A stretch of 20,293 nucleotides of DNA, from the IMG/VR virus record IMGVR_UViG_3300044911_003846; one strand, 5' to 3'. The notes beneath the pieces were generated by a model that was given only the letters and a program-made list of their open reading frames with translations, was not told the DNA's origin and made no database searches. Within the stretch, counting starts at the first letter, position 1. Each line of letters opens with the position of its first letter. The stretch is from an uncultured virus (IMG/VR IMGVR_UViG_3300044911_003846). Lineage: Duplodnaviria; Heunggongvirae; Uroviricota; Caudoviricetes. The translations under genes and the position numbers were made by a program. Below, piece by piece: positions 15,633 through 20,293 of this stretch.

Positions 15633-16073
15633 TTACTCGACGCGAACTAAATTCTCTTTAAAAATTTCATCCCAATCAACACGTTTGATGCCCTTCAATT
15701 GCTCCAATCTTTGGAAACGTTCGCCAGGCATCGACATTTGAAGGTCTTTGATATCTCGCGCTGTTTTGAGACCAACACCAGGGAGCGCATCCGCAATCTG
15801 TCGGGCACTAGCGGTGTTGATATTCATCCGCGTATCTAACGGGAAGGTTTCCTTTTTCGTCGGAATCGCCGGGTTCACGCCCTCTGACGCAAGTTGTGCG
15901 GTCAAGCGCTCTTCGGTCTTGATCTGCTCAGTGGTCGCATCCAGGTGCGGAACCAGATCAGATTCATCGATGTAAAGAACTTCATCTTGGGAATCGATGC
16001 ACATGACGATCCCATCGCCATGCTTCGCAATCATTTCCACCAAACCGCCGGTTACACGGTATTGATACAGCAT
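15633..16073 (-). CDS. Helix-hairpin-helix (ComEA/HHH_3-like) DNA-binding protein (146 aa)
   Basis: MNINTASARQIADALPGVGLKTARDI...F..LEQLKGIK is the ComEA-type HhH signature. Confidence 0.85.
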   Translation of the reverse strand: MLYQYRVTGGLVEMIAKHGDGIVMCIDSQDEVLYIDESDLVPHLDATTEQIKTEERLTAQLASEGVNPAIPTKKETFPLDTRMNINTASARQIADALPGVGLKTARDIKDLQMSMPGERFQRLEQLKGIKRVDWDEIFKENLVRVE

Positions 16074-16131
16074 CGTTGTAATTTTAGTCTCTGCTTAGCC
16101 TAACAAACTAAATCCAAACCAACAACAGATA

Positions 16132-16160
16132 ATAAAAAAGGGGCTCCGAAGAGCCCCTTC
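16132..16160 (-). terminator. Rho-independent terminator after the capsid operon
   Basis: Minus strand AAGGGGCTC-TTCG-GAGCCCCTT-TTTTATT: perfect stem, UUCG tetraloop and U-tract. Confidence 0.92.
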
Positions 16161-16179
16161 ATTTGCATCGATTGACAGA

Positions 16180-16998
16180 TCAGCTGTCGGTACCGCCCAC
16201 TTGGGAGGCGAAATCGATGAAGCCTTGGATATCGTTCCAAGCCACAGCGGCTTCAGGACGCAGGTAGTTGATGCGGCACAGCAGGTAAGCAGCCTTACCA
16301 GCGGCCTGGTCATCTGCGCTGATGAACACACCGTCGCCGTTCACGGAAGTATCGGTGATGGCGTTGATGTTGTAGACCTTGAACAGCTGGTCCGAGGTCA
16401 CCCGGTACATCATCGAGTTGGCAGCGTTAGCAGCCGTGATGCCGCCGGTGGTGACGGTGGTCCAGAAAGGCAGGTCGCCGTTGGTGGTGTCGCCAGTACC
16501 CTGAGCAATGCCGGAAGCACCGATGGTCAGGCTGGAGCTAGCAGCGGCCAGACCATTGCCCTGCGAGGAGGGAACGCCGAAGGGGCTACCCGAGTTATCG
16601 GGACCCAGCAGCAGCACCTCGGTGTTGGTGCCGCCCAGGTCGGCAGTCACAGGAGAGGCGGGGAAACCGGCCAGGCCACCAGCGGGGATGTCCTGGGCCA
16701 GCGCCAGAGATGCGCCGTAAATGTATGCGGGGCGATCAGAGCTGGCTTGCACCGTCAGAGTGGTGCGGTTATCACGCACCCGATCATCGGGACGACGGTC
16801 GGGGGAGGGGATGGTGATGTTGAAGCTCTTGTAGTTGGCTTTGTCTGCAGCAAGGTTATCAATCTTGATGTAGCCAATCAGCTCGAAAGCTTCAATGCCA
16901 GGCCAGCCAAACACACCTTCGGTGTTATAGGAGGACAGGCGGTTGATCTGATTACCGGGTTGCAGAATTGCACCGGCTTCTTCTTTGTAAGCAGCCAT
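16180..16998 (-). CDS. Abundant structural protein co-transcribed with the capsid gene (decoration/minor capsid candidate, 272 aa)
   Basis: Strong SD GGGAGGT, same C-ending codon bias as the capsid gene, located between the capsid gene and the terminator. Confidence 0.7.
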   Translation of the reverse strand: MAAYKEEAGAILQPGNQINRLSSYNTEGVFGWPGIEAFELIGYIKIDNLAADKANYKSFNITIPSPDRRPDDRVRDNRTTLTVQASSDRPAYIYGASLALAQDIPAGGLAGFPASPVTADLGGTNTEVLLLGPDNSGSPFGVPSSQGNGLAAASSSLTIGASGIAQGTGDTTNGDLPFWTTVTTGGITAANAANSMMYRVTSDQLFKVYNINAITDTSVNGDGVFISADDQAAGKAAYLLCRINYLRPEAAVAWNDIQGFIDFASQVGGTDS

Positions 16999-17016
16999 TG
17001 TTAAGTACCTCCCTTA

Positions 17017-18162
17017 TCACTCAGTAATGGTAAAGGCACAGGTCACGAAGTCCTTGTTCAGGTTCGCGAAACCGGCGTACAGCTGCCAAATCAGGATGAT
17101 GAAGCGGCTGAAGTCATCGTTGTTGTTGATCAGAACTTGAGCGTTCGGACCACCGATGCCCACACCCACAGCCTGAGGACCGAAGAACAGGGCAGGAGGA
17201 GTGTCGTGAGAAACAGAGCCGTCGCCGTCGTTGATGTCAACGGTGATGGACTTGCTGGGGAAGTTGGTGGATTCGAAGAACCGCACACCTTCAAACACAA
17301 AGCCGGAAGGCATCACGGGTTCGCCAGCCACGAACTGAGCTTGGCCAAACTGACCACCACCATAGATGGCGGCGTTAGGAGCCATGGCGCCCATCAGCGG
17401 GTTGGGAACGCCAGCGCCAGGATAGCGAGCCACTTCACGGAAGCCCTGGTCAGCACGCAGGTCCTTCATGAAGGAAGGATCAGCAATACAACGGTAGTAG
17501 CCGTCGGCGAACACAGGCACGTTGCGCTTGCGGAGGCTCTTCACAACGTTCAGAAGGTCGGTCTTAACGTTGAACTTGAAGCGCTCAGAAGCGTACTCGG
17601 TGGCGGTATAGGTAGCCAGAGTGGTCGAACCAGTCTTGGCGTGGTTGTTCGGATAGTAGTAACCACCCTGGGTGTCGGAGGACTGACCACGGGATTCGGC
17701 CTTGAACAGTTCGTCCAGGAACACGCGGTCGCGCCAGCGGCGGTAGTCATCCAGCAGGGTCAGCGAACCGATGGACTGGTGGAACATGTTGAGGTTCCCG
17801 GTGTCCAGCAGCAGACGCTGAGCGGTCATCAGAGTCTCGCGAGCAATCTTGAAGGTGCTCGGGAGGTTGGCATTGTTCGGGTCAGCAGGACCGGTGTACT
17901 CACGGAGAGACACCAGCACCTTGTCCTTCACGATGGACCGGCTGTTAGCAGTACCGATGGTTTGATCCTGGGTACGCTCACGGTTGGTCTTCGTGCCGGG
18001 GTTACCCCAGAAGCGGTAACGATCCAGCTGAACGGTCTGACCAGGCTGTTTGGTGAAGTCGTGGACGACCACAGGCTCGCAAGCCATTTCCACGATATAA
18101 GCCGGATGGGGGCGGTACAGCTCCGCACCCAACAGCTTGGGAAAGTCGTTATCAATAAACAT
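17017..18162 (-). CDS. Major capsid protein (HK97 fold, 381 aa)
   Basis: Size and position after the scaffold; DFTKQPGQTVQLDRY E-loop-like motif and G.FEGVRFFESTN...FFGPQAVG...DDFSR...W C-terminal pattern; strong codon bias. Confidence 0.88.
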   Translation of the reverse strand: MFIDNDFPKLLGAELYRPHPAYIVEMACEPVVVHDFTKQPGQTVQLDRYRFWGNPGTKTNRERTQDQTIGTANSRSIVKDKVLVSLREYTGPADPNNANLPSTFKIARETLMTAQRLLLDTGNLNMFHQSIGSLTLLDDYRRWRDRVFLDELFKAESRGQSSDTQGGYYYPNNHAKTGSTTLATYTATEYASERFKFNVKTDLLNVVKSLRKRNVPVFADGYYRCIADPSFMKDLRADQGFREVARYPGAGVPNPLMGAMAPNAAIYGGGQFGQAQFVAGEPVMPSGFVFEGVRFFESTNFPSKSITVDINDGDGSVSHDTPPALFFGPQAVGVGIGGPNAQVLINNNDDFSRFIILIWQLYAGFANLNKDFVTCAFTITE

Positions 18163-18257
18163 GTTGGTTTCTCAGCGTAGGGAAAGCTGATACCTGAGAT
18201 CAGGCGATCTCAAACTCAACAGCCAAAGCTGTTAACTCTGGAACTGTTGGTTCCATT
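18163..18257 (-). promoter_or_regulatory. Structured 5' leader of the capsid mRNA: four tandem hairpins
   Basis: Perfect inverted repeats at 18172-18190, 18195-18212, 18218-18233 and 18239-18255. Confidence 0.75.
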
Positions 18258-18263
18258 AAAAAA

Positions 18264-18272
18264 ATTATAGCA
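18264..18272 (-). promoter_or_regulatory. Extended -10 promoter for the capsid operon
   Basis: Minus strand TGcTATAAT is the consensus extended -10; no -35 at canonical spacing. Confidence 0.75.
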
Positions 18273-18293
18273 ATCCTTTATCAATCCGGATTA

Positions 18294-18566
18294 TTAAGCT
18301 TCCGGATTTACCATCACGGGATAATTGTATCCATCGAGCATATTGCCGGCAGAGTACATCATCGGCGCCATGGAGCCCATGGCGTGGTAAGGATTCACGT
18401 AGCCGTCTGCAGGCTGCATGTCAATCCGTGCCGCTTGAATCTCAGGATCAATCGCCCCGCCACCAGCTGCTTTCATGGCTAGCATCGCCCCAACAGCTTG
18501 GGCTTCTGCCTGTTGCTTACGTTCAGTCGACTTCTTGACGGCTTTTTTGGCTTTAGATTTGTCCAT
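18294..18566 (-). CDS. Hypothetical protein (90 aa; basic N-terminus, Met/Pro-rich C-terminus)
   Basis: TAATG coupling with the upstream gene. Confidence 0.7.
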   Translation of the reverse strand: MDKSKAKKAVKKSTERKQQAEAQAVGAMLAMKAAGGGAIDPEIQAARIDMQPADGYVNPYHAMGSMAPMMYSAGNMLDGYNYPVMVNPEA

Positions 18567-19000
18567 TAGCGGCTACCTTTTTTCTGCGGCATTGGAGGTT
18601 GAATACCCATCGGCAAGGGTGGGACGAGGGGCATGGCCCGCATCACCATATACTGCTCGTTTGTAAATGCCATATTTTGAGCATTTTCAGCAGCTGTTTG
18701 AAACTGCGGAGCCAGTAAACCATTCCGAGGAAGCGGGGATCCGGGGAGGTTAAGTTTGAGATATGCCGAATCAAGATCTCTGGGCATTGGCGGTTGTGGC
18801 GCATTTGGGTTGCCAATAACAGGAGCAGTCGCAACACGAATTGCGGCATACTCATCAATGTTCCCGGATTGAACTTGATTGGCGGTATCACCCGCACCAA
18901 ACATCACAAGGCCGGGAGCGCCAATAGGACCACCAGCAGTCCCGAAACTAGCGAGGAACTGAGCGGCTCTATCCCCAGCACTTGCTTTTTTTGATGCCAT
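18566..19000 (-). CDS. Hypothetical Pro/Ala-rich protein (144 aa)
   Basis: SD AAGGA upstream of the ATG; lies between scaffold and capsid genes. Confidence 0.72.
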   Translation of the reverse strand: MASKKASAGDRAAQFLASFGTAGGPIGAPGLVMFGAGDTANQVQSGNIDEYAAIRVATAPVIGNPNAPQPPMPRDLDSAYLKLNLPGSPLPRNGLLAPQFQTAAENAQNMAFTNEQYMVMRAMPLVPPLPMGIQPPMPQKKGSR

Positions 19001-19014
19001 AACAAATCCTTTTT

Positions 19015-19050
19015 AAATAAAAAGGGGCAGCGTTTGCTACCCCTTATTTT
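19015..19050 (-). terminator. Rho-independent terminator after the scaffold gene (possibly bidirectional)
   Basis: Minus strand AAGGGGTAGC-AAAC-GCTGCCCCTT-TTTATTT; A/T tracts on both sides. Confidence 0.8.
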
Positions 19051-19090
19051 ACGTTTACTAAGTTTAGGAAAATCGGGTTATTTCCGATTA

Positions 19091-20098
19091 TCACTCCATC
19101 ACCAGCAGCTTCTGACGGAACACTTCCGGATTCTGCTGGGCAGCATTCAGATAGCGCCAAGCGTTGGAGGGGTCACGCTCAGCCAGGGAGCCGAAGCTGT
19201 TCCAGAAATCAACGGGATTACCCTGAGCCTGGGGCTGAGGGGGGACCGGCATTTCAGGGCGCTGGGGAGCAACCGGACGCTGGAACTGTTGACCCACGGC
19301 CTGAGCCTGAGCTTGCTGAGGAGCGGCGTAACCGATCTCTTCATCGGGGATCGGGTAGGGGCCGTTCTCGCCGAAGAACTCACAGGTGTAATCAGCGAGC
19401 ACATCGGGGTCGGTCAGGATGGTCTCGTAAGCTTTGTGCTCATTCGACAGTTCCTGAAGCAGATTGACGGCTTCGATCAGCTGATTGTTGGTGGTGATCA
19501 GAGCGTCTTCAAGCTGGCAAGCGTAGTTATTGAGGATCGCCGGAACGTCAGGACCGAAATAATCAATAACCTCAAGACTTGCTTCGCTTACCCCGTTTGC
19601 TCGGAGCTGCTGGGGGCTGATTTCCAGCGAAGTTTGGGAAGAGCCGTTGGAGTAGGCCTGGTTGTTGTTGATCCCAGGCATAGAGGTCGGCATCCCCGCG
19701 TTGCTGTACTGGGGAGCCTGCTGGGAAGCGTAGCTGGCCGGGTCGATTTGAGGGCTCAGATTCGACTGTTGACCCTGGAATGGGAATTGGACGGGCGAAC
19801 TCAGGAGCCCCACCACTCGGTTGAACGCTTCCTTGTACGGATTCTCCGCCTGTTGGGGCGCCTGGGGTGCTTGGGGGTACGACGCTGTAGGGGCGGAGGG
19901 GTACCCGTTCACCCCCATCTGGGCCTGCATTTGCGGGGCTGGGGCCGCCACTTGCTGGTAAGGCGCCACCCATTGGGAAGTCGTTGAAACCGCTGGAGCT
20001 TGTGCCGCCGTCTGCGCCACCGGAGCCCCGTAGCTGATCGGCTGGGTCGGGGATACTTGGGGTGCCGATTGGGTCGGCATTGCGGTATCGGCCTGCAT
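19091..20098 (-). CDS. Putative capsid scaffolding protein (335 aa)
   Basis: SD GAGGT before ATG 20098. Pro/Gln-rich disordered N-terminus, acidic helical/coiled-coil core, position upstream of the capsid gene. Confidence 0.7.
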   Translation of the reverse strand: MQADTAMPTQSAPQVSPTQPISYGAPVAQTAAQAPAVSTTSQWVAPYQQVAAPAPQMQAQMGVNGYPSAPTASYPQAPQAPQQAENPYKEAFNRVVGLLSSPVQFPFQGQQSNLSPQIDPASYASQQAPQYSNAGMPTSMPGINNNQAYSNGSSQTSLEISPQQLRANGVSEASLEVIDYFGPDVPAILNNYACQLEDALITTNNQLIEAVNLLQELSNEHKAYETILTDPDVLADYTCEFFGENGPYPIPDEEIGYAAPQQAQAQAVGQQFQRPVAPQRPEMPVPPQPQAQGNPVDFWNSFGSLAERDPSNAWRYLNAAQQNPEVFRQKLLVME

Positions 20099-20293
20099 AG
20101 GTTACCTCTTTTTGTAGGCTTTCGAGTGTTCGGTAAAGGAAGGGAGTGAGATCAAGTCTCGGATCCGCAGCCATCGGTAAATTCGGTTGCTGCGGATGTG
20201 GTGTCCGCATTTCTAGATTTACGAGATCTATAAATGCGGAGTAGGCCCTCTGTACTTCCCCTACCATTCGGAATGGGAAACCGGAGAGCATGC
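19572..20293 (-). CDS. C-terminal part of a larger gene, probably the portal (begins outside the window); its tail overlaps the scaffold gene
   Basis: Frame is open from the window edge to TGA at 19572. First about 65 aa look globular, the rest is Pro/Gly-rich. The portal call is positional only. Confidence 0.55.
   Translation of the reverse strand, partial: MLSGFPFRMVGEVQRAYSAFIDLVNLEMRTPHPQQPNLPMAADPRLDLTPFLYRTLESLQKEVTYAGRYRNADPIGTPSIPDPADQLRGSGGADGGTSSSGFNDFPMGGALPASGGPSPANAGPDGGERVPLRPYSVVPPSTPGAPTGGESVQGSVQPSGGAPEFARPIPIPGSTVESEPSNRPGQLRFPAGSPVQQRGDADLYAWDQQQPGLLQRLFPNFAGNQPPAAPSKRGKRSKS

Noticed and set aside
16999..17030. Programmed read-through or frameshift from capsid into the 272-aa gene
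   Set aside because: Double stop TGA TAA, no slippery run, and the downstream gene has its own strong SD.
18163..18257. tRNA gene in the multi-hairpin region
   Set aside because: The hairpins are serial with no closing acceptor stem, and there are no T-loop (TTCRA) or D-loop consensus motifs.
16201..19987. Long plus-strand ORFs (16201..17004, 17137..18180, 19034..19987)
   Set aside because: Antisense shadows of strongly codon-biased genes (few TTA/CTA/TCA codons); no protein-like motifs or start signals.

Overview
A 20.3-kb segment of a tailed dsDNA bacteriophage virion-morphogenesis region, almost entirely on the minus strand. In transcription order (right to left) it holds the C-terminal part of a probable portal, a Pro/Gln-rich scaffold, two small proteins, the major capsid protein and a co-transcribed 272-aa structural protein followed by a terminator. 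Next come a ComEA-type helix-hairpin-helix protein, a putative head-tail adaptor, a soluble lytic transglycosylase, an M23-like peptidase, a run of small basic or low-complexity proteins, a 766-aa SWIM-finger/beta-repeat protein, and a long block of tail fibre, adaptor and chaperone genes. One small membrane-protein gene lies on the plus strand. The protein styles resemble aquatic, possibly cyanobacterial, phages; this is an inference. No tape-measure, tube or sheath gene is recognisable. Main observations: (1) a circularly permuted M23 peptidase with HxH changed to HxD; (2) a C-terminal tag (DPxxMLTxAFSQTPNYL) shared by the two unrelated murein hydrolases; (3) a DUF5872-type protein split into two non-adjacent genes; (4) a 527-nt dual-coding overlap between portal and scaffold; (5) a four-hairpin 5' leader on the capsid mRNA behind a consensus extended -10; (6) a SWIM finger with an 85-aa insert; (7) a 46-aa ORF missed by the track. 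All family assignments come from motif recognition by eye; no database search was run.
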